DNA of 64,000 nucleotides from Bdellovibrionales bacterium. GTDB taxonomy: Bacteria > Bdellovibrionota > Bdellovibrionia > Bdellovibrionales > UBA1609. The position numbers and the translations under genes were made by a program. Shown here one piece after another: positions 18,610 through 28,217 of the stretch. The stretch covers positions 11,984 through 75,983 of the forward strand of contig JAAOIH010000004.1 of the NCBI GenBank assembly GCA_015163875.1, given 5' to 3'. Under the pieces are notes generated by a model that worked only from the letters and a program-made list of their open reading frames with translations, did not search any database and was not told the origin of the DNA. How positions within the stretch are numbered: position 1 is the first letter of the stretch; every line of letters starts with the position of its first letter.

Positions 18610-20076
18610 CTAATTTTTAATTTTTAATTTTTGTAAAATTTTTTCTAATTTATAAAACCTAGAAGCTTTAATAAAAACAATATCCTCTTTTTTTATACTA
18701 GATGCTAGTGTTTCTAAAAAATTTTGAAACTCTTTGTCATCAACTGACTTGCTGTGAACAAAACTTCCTTTAAATTTATTTTTTTGTAATCCTGATACAA
18801 AAGATTTTTTATCACCAATAAACCCAACGCTATCAAATATGGAAGATATTCGCAAAGATAAATCACTATGCTCTTTATCAGACCATTTACCAAGCTCGCC
18901 CATGGCTCCTATTAATGCTATTTTTTTTCCTGTACAAGAAAATTTTTCTAAACTATCTAGCGCGGATTTAAAACTAGATGGATTAGCATTATATGCATCA
19001 AAAATAACTGATGCTCCGTTATTGGTATATAGTAATTGCATTCTTCCCCATGATTGCTGTAAATTATTTAAAGCCTTTATTATTTTGCTCCACGGCATTT
19101 TTAAAGCAAGGCTAATTGCAACTGCGGCAGCAATATTATTAATATTGTGTGACCCTAATAATGAAAGTGATACACAATTTTTATGTTGCTCTTTGTTTTT
19201 GTCAAAATAACTTAAAGTAAAGCTTAAGCCAGACAAAGACTCACTTGTTAGTTCTGTAATTACACACTTTTGTAGATTAGATTTATTTTTTAATATTTTT
19301 TCTGAACCAAAAGAAAAACATAATCTGTTGCTATCTTTTAAATATTTTGTTTTCATTTTTTGAGTAAAAATATTATCTTCATTAAATATTCCTGTAGATT
19401 TGGAAGGTGAAAATTGATAAAGCTCTTGCTTAGCTTCTGCAACTTCATTTAAAGAATTAAAATGTCCTATGTGAGCTTGGCTAACTTGTGTGATTAATGA
19501 AATATCTGGTTTAGCTATTGTAGTTAATAACTTAAGCTCTTCTTTGTGATTCATTCCCATTTCTAATATAATAACTTCGTCATCTTGGTTTGCCTCTAGC
19601 AAACTTAACGGTACTCCTAAGTGATTGTTAAAACTTAAAGGGCTTTTATAAGTTTTTTTATATGTTTTTAATATTTGATAAGAAAAATTTTTTGTACTAG
19701 TTTTTCCATTAGATCCACTAATTGCTACAACCTTTCCTTGTAATAATGTTCTCCATTTAGATGCAATTAATTGTAAAGCTTTTAGAGTGTCTGGAACTTG
19801 TAATAAACTAATATCTTTTAAAAGCATAATTTCTTTAAAAAAAATTTTAGAAATAGAATTATCTATAAAAAATACTCTAACCCCTTTGTCATAGGCTTGT
19901 GCTAAAAAACTATGTGCGTCTACATTACCTTTTAATGCAACAAAAGCACTGTCTGCTTTATATTTTCTAGTATCTATTAAAAAATTAGAAAAACTATCAA
20001 CATTGTTTTTTAAAATATTAGCTTTAGACCATAATGCTACATTTTTTACTAAAAATTTTTTATTATTATTATTCAT
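18610..20076 (-). CDS. murF: UDP-N-acetylmuramoyl-tripeptide--D-alanyl-D-alanine ligase
   Basis: Mur ligase P-loop GSNGKTSTK, DAYNANPSS, and a position directly after murE (8-nt overlap). Confidence 0.9.
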   Translation of the reverse strand: MNNNNKKFLVKNVALWSKANILKNNVDSFSNFLIDTRKYKADSAFVALKGNVDAHSFLAQAYDKGVRVFFIDNSISKIFFKEIMLLKDISLLQVPDTLKALQLIASKWRTLLQGKVVAISGSNGKTSTKNFSYQILKTYKKTYKSPLSFNNHLGVPLSLLEANQDDEVIILEMGMNHKEELKLLTTIAKPDISLITQVSQAHIGHFNSLNEVAEAKQELYQFSPSKSTGIFNEDNIFTQKMKTKYLKDSNRLCFSFGSEKILKNKSNLQKCVITELTSESLSGLSFTLSYFDKNKEQHKNCVSLSLLGSHNINNIAAAVAISLALKMPWSKIIKALNNLQQSWGRMQLLYTNNGASVIFDAYNANPSSFKSALDSLEKFSCTGKKIALIGAMGELGKWSDKEHSDLSLRISSIFDSVGFIGDKKSFVSGLQKNKFKGSFVHSKSVDDKEFQNFLETLASSIKKEDIVFIKASRFYKLEKILQKLKIKN

Positions 20077-21577
20077 TATTTAAAAGTCTTTGCACTTCGT
20101 TGTAATCATTCCACAAAAAAGTTTTATTTTCTATTATTTGTTCTTGTTCGTGGCCCTTTCCTGCAATAATTAAAATATCTTTTTCTTTTTGTAAATTAAT
20201 AGCAAACTTAATAGCTTTTTTTCTGTCTGGTATAACAAATAATCTGTTATCATAATCAGAAGTTTTTGTTCCTTTTAAAATATCATCAATAATATTTTCT
20301 GCTTTTTCTCCCCTAGGGTTATCTGATGTTAATACTACAAAATCTGCAATTTTTAAAGCAGCCTTTAGCATCAAAGGTCTTTTTAATTTATCTCTACCCC
20401 CTCCACAGCCAAATACAATACTAATTTTTTTAGCAAGTGGTTTTACAGAAAGTAAAGTAGAAGAAATAGCATCTGGTGTATGTGCATAATCTATAAAAAT
20501 AGAAAATTTATTATTATTATTTACTCTTTGCAATCTTCCGGGAATTCCATTAAATAAATTTAAAGATTTTGTTAATGACTTTATGCTGTATCCAAATCCA
20601 TAAGCTACTATAATACTTGCAACTGCATTATAGGCGTTGTGAAGCCCAACAAGTGGCAATGTAAAAGTGTAATGTTCTTTTTTAAAAGTTAAGCAAATAT
20701 TTATTTGATCTATGCTTTCGCTAATAACTTTAAAACAAAAATCTGCCGAACTACTTTGTCCATAAGTCCATGGTTTAATATTGCTTGCTAGTTTTAATTT
20801 TTTTCCATAGTAGTCATCTATATTAATAACTGCATTGCAATCTATATTCATTAGCTGCCGGTCTTCTAAAAATAATTTTTGTTTTTCAGAAAAATAATTA
20901 AGAATATTTTTATGATAATCCAAATGGTCTTGAGTTAAATTTGTAAACACCACGCAATTAAACGGAAATGCTTTTAATCTGCTTTGGCTTAATGCGTGAC
21001 TTGAAACTTCTAAAATTAAAGTTGTCATTTTTTCTTTTATAAAATCATCAATTCTTTTATATAAATCTAATACACCTGGGCTAGTTAAACTAGTATTCCA
21101 AATTTTTTTATTAATATGATTATCAATAGTTCCTATAACTCCAGGAACTTCTTTTTGCCCCTTTAATAAAAACTCTAGTAAATAACTTATGCTTGTTTTT
21201 CCGTTAGTGCCGGTAATGCCAACTGATTTTATATTATTTAATTTTTTTTTATTTAAAGAGTAAGCTAAATTAGATAGTAACTTTCTAGTATCAAAAACAG
21301 GTATAAATAAAATATTATCTTTTATATATATTTTAGTTTCTAGTTTAGATTCTAAAAAAATAACAGAAACTTTTTTAGCTACTGCCTGGTTAATAGCTAA
21401 ATGCCCATCAAATACGCTGCCTTTTATTGCAACAAAACAACTTTTTTCTACAAGATTTCTAGAGTCATCAAAAATGTCAGATATAGTTAATTTATTTAAA
21501 TATTCAGATGTAAATTGTTCTGCTATTTTTTTAAATTCTAAATCTGGACAATTTAAAAGAACTGTTTTTAACAACAT
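20069..21577 (-). CDS. murE: UDP-N-acetylmuramoyl-L-alanyl-D-glutamate--2,6-diaminopimelate ligase
   Basis: GITGTNGKTS P-loop, DYAHTPDA, and the DNPR specificity motif (LTSDNPRGE). Confidence 0.95.
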   Translation of the reverse strand: MLLKTVLLNCPDLEFKKIAEQFTSEYLNKLTISDIFDDSRNLVEKSCFVAIKGSVFDGHLAINQAVAKKVSVIFLESKLETKIYIKDNILFIPVFDTRKLLSNLAYSLNKKKLNNIKSVGITGTNGKTSISYLLEFLLKGQKEVPGVIGTIDNHINKKIWNTSLTSPGVLDLYKRIDDFIKEKMTTLILEVSSHALSQSRLKAFPFNCVVFTNLTQDHLDYHKNILNYFSEKQKLFLEDRQLMNIDCNAVINIDDYYGKKLKLASNIKPWTYGQSSSADFCFKVISESIDQINICLTFKKEHYTFTLPLVGLHNAYNAVASIIVAYGFGYSIKSLTKSLNLFNGIPGRLQRVNNNNKFSIFIDYAHTPDAISSTLLSVKPLAKKISIVFGCGGGRDKLKRPLMLKAALKIADFVVLTSDNPRGEKAENIIDDILKGTKTSDYDNRLFVIPDRKKAIKFAINLQKEKDILIIAGKGHEQEQIIENKTFLWNDYNEVQRLLNNE

Positions 21578-21579
21578 AA

Positions 21580-23559
21580 TTAAAAGTGCTTAAGAATTAA
21601 TTTAATTTTTTTTGTTTTTTTTAATGATGCCCCAGGCAATGGATACATTGAATAAATTTGACCATAGCCTGTTACTTCATATTTAAAATTTTTAATAGCT
21701 TGTAATTTTGTAATAGCTTGCTTTAAACTAAAATTTTTTAAATTAGGCATTATTTTTTTTATTACTATTTTTTTTAATGAAGATAAAATTCTTTTTTGTT
21801 CTATTTTATAAACAGATATTTTTTTTATAACTTTATTTTTTGTTCTTTTTGCTGTCATTATTTTATTTTTATTAATTAAAGGTGGAACCTTTGCCCAAGA
21901 CAACGCACTAGCTGCTAATTTAGAAAACAAAGGGGCCGCAACTTGAGATGCATAAAACTTTTTTCCTTTTGGGTTGTCTACAATTACATACACAACAAAC
22001 TTGGGTTTATTTACAGGAAAAAATCCAGCAAAACTAGAAACATACGAAGCTTTTAAATAAGTTTGTCTTTTTATGTCAATTTTTTGAGCTGTTCCTGTTT
22101 TTCCAGCAACTAAGTATCCAGAAACCCTTGCAGCCTTTCCGGTAGAGTCATTACTTGCAGATCCTAATAACAATAACTTTAAAGTATGTGCGTCTTTACT
22201 ACTAAGTACTCTTTTAATTATTTGTGGTTTTATTTTTTTAATTAATACTCCATTATCATTAGTAATAGATTTTACTAAATAAGGTTTTTTTAAAACTCCG
22301 CCATTTGCAATAGCGGCGTAAGCATTTGCCATTTGCAAAGCACTTACTGCAACCCCCTGTCCAAAAGATATGTTAGCTAGTAAATGTTTTTTCCATGGCA
22401 ATTTTTGCAAAATACCTTTTACCTCTCCAGGAAAATCTACTCCTGTTTTTATTCCAAAGCCAAAATCTTTTAAAGTTTTTCTTAATTTTTTATCCCCTAA
22501 TGCTAGGGCAATTTTACTCATTCCAATATTAGAAGAAAATTTTAAAATATCTTTTATAGATAGCCATTTAAAATTATGGTCTTTGTGCGCCTCTCTAATA
22601 ACATAAGGTCCAACTTTAAATTTTTTTTTGCCAATCCAAAATTTACTATTTGGCTTAATGCTTCCATGTTGCAAAGCAGACGCAACAACAAAAGGTTTAA
22701 ATGTGCTGCCTGGTTCAAAAATATCTATTATTGCCGTGTTTCTTTTAAATTTATTGGGAGTTTTGCTAGCTTTTAATAAATTATAGCCTGGTGTGTTGGC
22801 CATAGCCAATATAGCCGAACTTTGCGCGTCTAAAATAAGTGCTGTAACAGAATCTGCATTATAAAGAATTTGTGTTTTATTGATTTCTTTTTCTAGGGTA
22901 TTTTGCAAACTAGAAACTATATTTAGTTCTAAATTTAAACCTCTACTGCTTTTAAATAAAGTTCCTTTTTCTAACAAGCCTCTTCCTTTGGCGTCTTTTA
23001 AAACAGAATAAGCTTCTTCTTTAGCTTTTGATAAAGTTTGATTATAAAATAATTCTAAACCCTCTAGGCCTTTTGAATCTATATCTACAAATCCTAATAC
23101 TGTGGATAAATGTTTTTCATAAGGGTAAAATCTTTTTGTTTCTTCTACAAAAGCAATTGCTTTAGATGAAATTTTACTAATATCTTTTTTCTTTTTTAAA
23201 CTTAACTTTCTAGCTATCCAGACAAATTGTTTTTTAGGTTTATTTAATTTTTTATAAACTCTAAAAGCAGAAGTATTTAATTTTTTAGCCAAATCTTGTG
23301 ATAGTTTATGTAAGTTTTTTATTTTTTTAGGATTTGCATATAAAGAGTAAGAGGCGGTGTTAACAACTAACGCCTTTTTATTAGAATCAAAGATTTGGCC
23401 TCTTTTTGGTGTAAGGTGCAGAACTTTTTTAAAATTAATACTTTCTAAATTTTGTAATTTTTTATTAGAAAAAAGTTGAATGTGTGCAAGCCTAAGCAAC
23501 AAAACAATGCTTAAACAAAAAAAACCAACACATAGTAAAATCAATCTATTTTTTAACAT
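21580..23559 (-). CDS. ftsI: peptidoglycan D,D-transpeptidase FtsI (PBP3) with a C-terminal PASTA-like domain
   Basis: STFKP, SSN and KTGTA motifs, and a position between ftsL and murE. The C-terminus MPNLKNFSLKQAITKLQ...VTGYGQIYSMYPLPGASL fits the PASTA pattern. Confidence 0.9.
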   Translation of the reverse strand: MLKNRLILLCVGFFCLSIVLLLRLAHIQLFSNKKLQNLESINFKKVLHLTPKRGQIFDSNKKALVVNTASYSLYANPKKIKNLHKLSQDLAKKLNTSAFRVYKKLNKPKKQFVWIARKLSLKKKKDISKISSKAIAFVEETKRFYPYEKHLSTVLGFVDIDSKGLEGLELFYNQTLSKAKEEAYSVLKDAKGRGLLEKGTLFKSSRGLNLELNIVSSLQNTLEKEINKTQILYNADSVTALILDAQSSAILAMANTPGYNLLKASKTPNKFKRNTAIIDIFEPGSTFKPFVVASALQHGSIKPNSKFWIGKKKFKVGPYVIREAHKDHNFKWLSIKDILKFSSNIGMSKIALALGDKKLRKTLKDFGFGIKTGVDFPGEVKGILQKLPWKKHLLANISFGQGVAVSALQMANAYAAIANGGVLKKPYLVKSITNDNGVLIKKIKPQIIKRVLSSKDAHTLKLLLLGSASNDSTGKAARVSGYLVAGKTGTAQKIDIKRQTYLKASYVSSFAGFFPVNKPKFVVYVIVDNPKGKKFYASQVAAPLFSKLAASALSWAKVPPLINKNKIMTAKRTKNKVIKKISVYKIEQKRILSSLKKIVIKKIMPNLKNFSLKQAITKLQAIKNFKYEVTGYGQIYSMYPLPGASLKKTKKIKLILKHF

Positions 23560-23571
23560 AAAAAACCATTA

Positions 23572-23871
23572 TTAATAATCAATAATTGTACTGTCGCCTA
23601 TTATATAAATAATTTTATTATAAGCATTATAAGCTTGTTTTTTTTTACCTACAACTTCGTTTTGTATTCTTGAAAACAAAGCTACATATTTTGTTTTTTT
23701 TAAAACTAGCTCTTCGTTTAATGCTTGGGCTTGATTTGATGTTTGTAAAACTTTGTATCCTAATAATCTTATTTGCATTTTTACAAAAACAAAAGATAAA
23801 ATTAAAATAAAAAAAATAAATAAACTAAAAATATGATGTCGATGAGTTTCTGATAAATTTAAATTAGACAT
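23572..23871 (-). CDS. ftsL: cell division protein FtsL-like (start moved to internal ATG)
   Basis: 100-aa bitopic protein (TM helix IFSLFIFFILILSFVFV followed by a coiled coil) between rsmH and ftsI. The longer six-frame ORF to 24006 would overlap rsmH by 83 nt. Confidence 0.55.
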   Translation of the reverse strand: MSNLNLSETHRHHIFSLFIFFILILSFVFVKMQIRLLGYKVLQTSNQAQALNEELVLKKTKYVALFSRIQNEVVGKKKQAYNAYNKIIYIIGDSTIIDY

Positions 23872-23923
23872 AGTTATTAATATAGCTATATTGTATATTT
23901 TCTTAGGCTGCCAAGCAAGAAGC

Positions 23924-24823
23924 TTATAATGCTTTTTCAAATACCCTAAGCTTTGCGCTTCTTGATCTAGGGTTAATTTTTTTTTCATCATCAGATGCTT
24001 TAACAATTTTTTTAGTTAAAACATTTCCTTTATGTTTTAATGATTTAAATAAATGTTTTACTATTCTGTCCTCAAGTGAATGAAAACTTAAAACTATTAA
24101 TCTTCCGCCTGGTTTTAGATAATCAACAAAAGACTCTAGGCTTTCTTTTAATACACTTAATTCTGAATTAACCTCTATCCTTAATCCCATAAAATATTTA
24201 GTGGCCGGGTGAAAAGATTTTTTTCTCCACGAATCAACTCTTTCTATTAGGCCGGCAAGCGACAAAGTGTCTGTAAACAATTGGCTTTTTCTATCCTCCA
24301 AAATCGCCCTAACTACTCTATATGGGCTATAAACTTCTCCATTTTGTTGAAATATATTAATTAATTCTTTCTCGCTCCATGTATTAATAATATCTGCTGC
24401 TGTTAATTTTTGACCTCTGTCCATTCTCATATCTAGTGGTCCATTTTTATAAAAACTAAAACCGCGATCATCTTTGTCTATTTGAGGTGAGCTTACACCT
24501 AAATCAACTAAAATATGAGAGCATTCTTTTTTAGAAAAAATTGAAAAATCTTGTGTATCAATATCTTTAAAATTTTTATGAATAAAATATAAGCGTTTTT
24601 GCTCAATAAAAGATTTTAAGTAAACTTGCCCATATTCAACAGCCTCTATGTCTCTGTCACATGCTAAGACCTTTAAATCTTTAAAATAATCTAAATAATA
24701 CTTAGAATGCCCACCTCTGCCAAAAGTTGCATCTAATAAAAAACTTGCTGGAATACTGGACTCTTTAATAAAGCTCAATATTTCCTGCTTCATAATAGGA
24801 ACATGGCCTTGGTTAAATTCCAT
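23924..24823 (-). CDS. rsmH: 16S rRNA (cytosine1402-N4)-methyltransferase
   Basis: HVPIM...DATFGRGGHS and DLGVSSPQID motifs of MraW/RsmH. Confidence 0.95.
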   Translation of the reverse strand: MEFNQGHVPIMKQEILSFIKESSIPASFLLDATFGRGGHSKYYLDYFKDLKVLACDRDIEAVEYGQVYLKSFIEQKRLYFIHKNFKDIDTQDFSIFSKKECSHILVDLGVSSPQIDKDDRGFSFYKNGPLDMRMDRGQKLTAADIINTWSEKELINIFQQNGEVYSPYRVVRAILEDRKSQLFTDTLSLAGLIERVDSWRKKSFHPATKYFMGLRIEVNSELSVLKESLESFVDYLKPGGRLIVLSFHSLEDRIVKHLFKSLKHKGNVLTKKIVKASDDEKKINPRSRSAKLRVFEKAL

Positions 24824-24905
24824 AAATAAAGAGTATCATACTAAGGCATAGATTAAAACTTGATAAATAGTGCTAAAGTGTTAAAGTATTGACACAGAGC
24901 GTATT

Positions 24906-25691
24906 ATGAATATTCAATGTCCTAAATGTCAATTTTCCCAGCCAAAAGATCATTACTGTGCCAAATGTGGCGTGGATATCTCTAAATATGTAAAAAAATC
25001 CTCTACTAAATTAAAAACACTGTTAATTAATTCTGCCATTCCAGCTTCGTTAATTATAATTGTGATAATTAGTGTTAACTATAAAACAAATCCTAAATGC
25101 CCTCCTGTTTGTAAAAATAATAATGTCACATATGTTAAAAGTGATAAAAAAAATACTGTAGAATTAAAAAAAAAATTTAGAGGAAATATTCAAAATCAAA
25201 AAAGTCAAAATGCAAAAAAAATAAATCAAAAAATAAAAGTTAATAGAAAGCTGTCTTATGTAAAAAAAACTTCTTTAAATTTATCAAATAAAATAGCATT
25301 ATCTAAAAAAGATACTTTAAAATTACAAAAAATAAATTTTAAAGTAGATGCTCAGCTAGTTCGTTTTTCAAAAGATTTAACAAATTTTATAGAAAAAAGT
25401 TCTGTTTTAAAAATTCGTAATATTAATAATGAAAATTTAAAAAATATACTAATAGAAAGTGCAGAGGTTTTAAGCGATTTTAATGAGCAAGACATTAAAA
25501 AAGCTATAAAATCATTACCAGGTGTTAGCTTAACCTCCAAAGGTTTAAAGCTTATGGTTTTAAATGGTCACACAAAGCAGCCAGAAAAAAATACAAAATT
25601 ATTTTTTGAAAATTTAAATTTAGATTTAGAAAATATAGAAAATAACAAATATCATCAAAGTTTTATTGCCATTTTAATTAATGTGCACTAG
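24906..25691 (+). CDS. zinc-ribbon membrane protein, function unknown
   Basis: N-terminal CPKC-x12-CAKC zinc ribbon, one TM helix (INSAIPASLIIIVIISV), and a Lys/Asn-rich remainder. Confidence 0.5.
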   Translation: MNIQCPKCQFSQPKDHYCAKCGVDISKYVKKSSTKLKTLLINSAIPASLIIIVIISVNYKTNPKCPPVCKNNNVTYVKSDKKNTVELKKKFRGNIQNQKSQNAKKINQKIKVNRKLSYVKKTSLNLSNKIALSKKDTLKLQKINFKVDAQLVRFSKDLTNFIEKSSVLKIRNINNENLKNILIESAEVLSDFNEQDIKKAIKSLPGVSLTSKGLKLMVLNGHTKQPEKNTKLFFENLNLDLENIENNKYHQSFIAILINVH

Positions 25692-25724
25692 TCTTATTTT
25701 TATTAACTTACAAGGTGGTTTTTA

Positions 25725-26258
25725 GTGAGCTCTACAAGTCAGTTTTCTACATTATATTCTGCCGAACAAATACAAAAAAAAGTAAAAGATCTTGGCGCAA
25801 AAATTACAAAAGATTTTAAAGGCAAGGCCCCAGAAATGCTATGTATTTTAAAAGGTGCTAGCTTTTTTTACGCAGATCTAATTAGAGAAATAAACCTACC
25901 TCTTTCTTGTAATTTTTTTGGGATTTCTAGTTACTCTGGAACAAAATCTACAGGTAATATTAAAATTACTTTAGACTTAATATCTTCTGTTAAAGATAAA
26001 GATATTATAGTTGTAGAAGATATCGTAGATACTGGCTTAAGCTTAGAATTTATTATTGATTATTTAAAATCTAAAAAAGCAAAAAGCATAAAAGTAGTTT
26101 CGCTTTTATATAAGCCTGGGCAAATAAAAGTAAAAAATATTAATGTAGACTACTATGCTTTTGAGCTAACAAATCAGTTTGTTATAGGATACGGACTAGA
26201 CTACAACGAAGCATGGCGAGAGCTTCCTTTTATAGCGCAAATGAACAGCTTAAATTAA
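25725..26258 (+). CDS. hpt: hypoxanthine phosphoribosyltransferase
   Basis: GTG start, LKGASFFYADL, and PRPP loop IIVVEDIVDTGLSL. Confidence 0.9.
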   Translation: MSSTSQFSTLYSAEQIQKKVKDLGAKITKDFKGKAPEMLCILKGASFFYADLIREINLPLSCNFFGISSYSGTKSTGNIKITLDLISSVKDKDIIVVEDIVDTGLSLEFIIDYLKSKKAKSIKVVSLLYKPGQIKVKNINVDYYAFELTNQFVIGYGLDYNEAWRELPFIAQMNSLN

Positions 26259-26261
26259 TTT

Positions 26262-27089
26262 TTATAAAGATTGTTGTAAAAAAATTAAATTTTCTATTAA
26301 AGTTTGAATTGTCATAGGCCCTACCCCTCCAGGAACAGGACTATATGCGCTTAAAATATTTTCTAAACCATCTGGGCATACATCGCCATAAAGTTTGTCA
26401 TTTTCTCTACTGATTCCAACATCTAAAACTACAGCATTTTTTTTAAAGTATGTTTTGTCTAAAAAATATTTTTTTCCAACAGATACAATTACTATGTCTG
26501 CCTGTTGCACAATTGTTTTTAAATTTTTAGTATAAGAGTGGCAAAGACTAACGCTTGCATCTTGTTGTTGCAGCAAAATAGATGTAGGCAGCCCTACAAT
26601 TAAACTTCTCCCAATAACAACAACATGTGAGCCTTTAATTTTAATATCATAATCATTTAAAATATTACAAATAGCTTTGGCTGTGCAAGGTGCAATTGAG
26701 TTTGATTTTTGAACAAGAAGTCCCATATTTTGGGAGGTTAGCCCCTCAACATCTTTTTTGCTAGAAATAGAATTAATTAATTTTAAAGAATCTAAATGCT
26801 TTGGCATGGGCAGCTGTAATAAAATACCAGTTACACTGCTGTCTTGATTTAGCTTTTCAATAATTTGCAGTACTTTTTTTTGATCAGTTGCTTTATCTAA
26901 ATACAAGATATCACATAAAACACCTAGTTTTTGGCAAGCTTGTTTTTTTTTACCTACATAAATATGGCTAGAAGGCTCATCTCCTATAAGAATTCCAACT
27001 AATTTTGCTTTATTTGCGCAAGCCTCTGCCTTAGTTTTTAGCTTTAAAAACCTTTTTTTGGCAAGCTCTGTTCCGTTTAGTAAAATCAT
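26262..27089 (-). CDS. folD: bifunctional methylenetetrahydrofolate dehydrogenase/cyclohydrolase
   Basis: SSHIYVGKKKQAC, GILLQLPMP, VVIGRSLIVG and SPVPGGVGPMT motifs. Confidence 0.95.
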   Translation of the reverse strand: MILLNGTELAKKRFLKLKTKAEACANKAKLVGILIGDEPSSHIYVGKKKQACQKLGVLCDILYLDKATDQKKVLQIIEKLNQDSSVTGILLQLPMPKHLDSLKLINSISSKKDVEGLTSQNMGLLVQKSNSIAPCTAKAICNILNDYDIKIKGSHVVVIGRSLIVGLPTSILLQQQDASVSLCHSYTKNLKTIVQQADIVIVSVGKKYFLDKTYFKKNAVVLDVGISRENDKLYGDVCPDGLENILSAYSPVPGGVGPMTIQTLIENLIFLQQSL

Positions 27090-27131
27090 ATTTGTCTTGA
27101 CCTATAAAAAGAGAATTGATAACTATTTTTT

Positions 27132-27323
27132 ATGAATAATAGCGTACATTTTTCTGAAGATCAATCTCACATAGAATTTGAAAAAGACAGCTCCTGTCCG
27201 GCAACTTTAGCTAAATTTAAAAAAGCTACAGAAGTCCATAGTTTTTTTAGTTTTGTGCAAAAATATCAATTACAAGACAAGGCTGTAAAAGTTTTGCAAA
27301 AAATACTTAAAACAAAAAAATAA
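27132..27323 (+). CDS. small hypothetical protein (63 aa)
   Basis: ORF only. No signal peptide and a weak RBS. It lies just upstream of the pilin gene. Confidence 0.3.
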   Translation: MNNSVHFSEDQSHIEFEKDSSCPATLAKFKKATEVHSFFSFVQKYQLQDKAVKVLQKILKTKK

Positions 27324-27423
27324 TAATCCGATATTTTTCGGACTATTATTTTTAAAAAGGCTTTTAAGTACAAATAAAAAATACTATTAATTGCATACTT
27401 CTTTTAAAAAAAAGGAGTACAAA

Positions 27424-27792
27424 ATGTCTATTTTTAAGTATTGGGCTACAACATGGTTTAGAAAAAGCAAAGGCTTACACACAAAATTAAGTTTTAATCC
27501 ACACCTTAACGCCTGTCATATTAGAAGAACTACGCAGTTAACACCTATGGTTGTACGAAACATAAAGGGGCAGGGCCTTATTGAGTATCTTATTATTGTT
27601 GGAATTATGGCAGTGGCAAGCCTTGGTGCAATTAGGCTTCTTAATAAAACAGTAAACAGTAATTTTACTAATATTATATATTCACTACAGGGCAAAAGAA
27701 AAAAAGCTAAAATGGAAGCTCCAAAAGAAAGTCTGTATAAAAAAAAAGATTTTAATACATTTATGAATGGCGCAGCTTCTACAGAAAAATAA
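27424..27792 (+). CDS. flp: Flp-family type IVb prepilin (alternative start 27547)
   Basis: Flp motif KG|QGLIEYLIIVGIMAVASLG. A strong SD (AAGGAG, 6 nt) precedes the ATG at 27424. The ATG at 27547 would give an 8-aa leader, MVVRNIKG. There is an unusual Lys-rich C-terminal tail. Confidence 0.7.
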   Translation: MSIFKYWATTWFRKSKGLHTKLSFNPHLNACHIRRTTQLTPMVVRNIKGQGLIEYLIIVGIMAVASLGAIRLLNKTVNSNFTNIIYSLQGKRKKAKMEAPKESLYKKKDFNTFMNGAASTEK

Positions 27793-27813
27793 ATATAAAA
27801 TTTAATAAAAATT

Positions 27814-28215
27814 ATGTCTACTTTGTATAAATATTTATTTAAAAAAACTATATTAAACCATAAGGGCCAAGCCTTAATTGAGTTTGTTATTAGTAATATC
27901 TTACTTATAAGCCTTGTAACACTTGGGTTTTTATTAATGTATATTAGTTTTTTAAAATATTTTAATCATGTAAATATTTACAACTCTACTATTTGTGTTG
28001 CAAAAAATCGACCTATTTTAATATGCAAATATAATTTAAGAAAAAATATTAAATCAACAATGTTTTTTGGTAGTATTAACAAATTAATATTAACAAAAAA
28101 ATACAAAACTATAACTGCATCTATAAAATGGAGTTTAAATAAATGGCAATTTCAAAAAAAAATAGTTCTTAATATGTCTTCATTGTCAAAAAATTTACCA
28201 ATAATAGAAAAATAG
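27814..28215 (+). CDS. TadE-like pseudopilin
   Basis: Leader plus KG|QALIEFVISNILLISLVTLGFLL, the same processing-site motif as the pilin. Confidence 0.6.
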   Translation: MSTLYKYLFKKTILNHKGQALIEFVISNILLISLVTLGFLLMYISFLKYFNHVNIYNSTICVAKNRPILICKYNLRKNIKSTMFFGSINKLILTKKYKTITASIKWSLNKWQFQKKIVLNMSSLSKNLPIIEK

Positions 28216-28217
28216 TT

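Noticed and set aside
23872-24006. 45-aa N-terminal extension of the FtsL-like ORF
   Set aside because: It would overlap the rsmH 3' end by 83 nt. The internal ATG at 23871 gives a typical ~100-aa bitopic FtsL.
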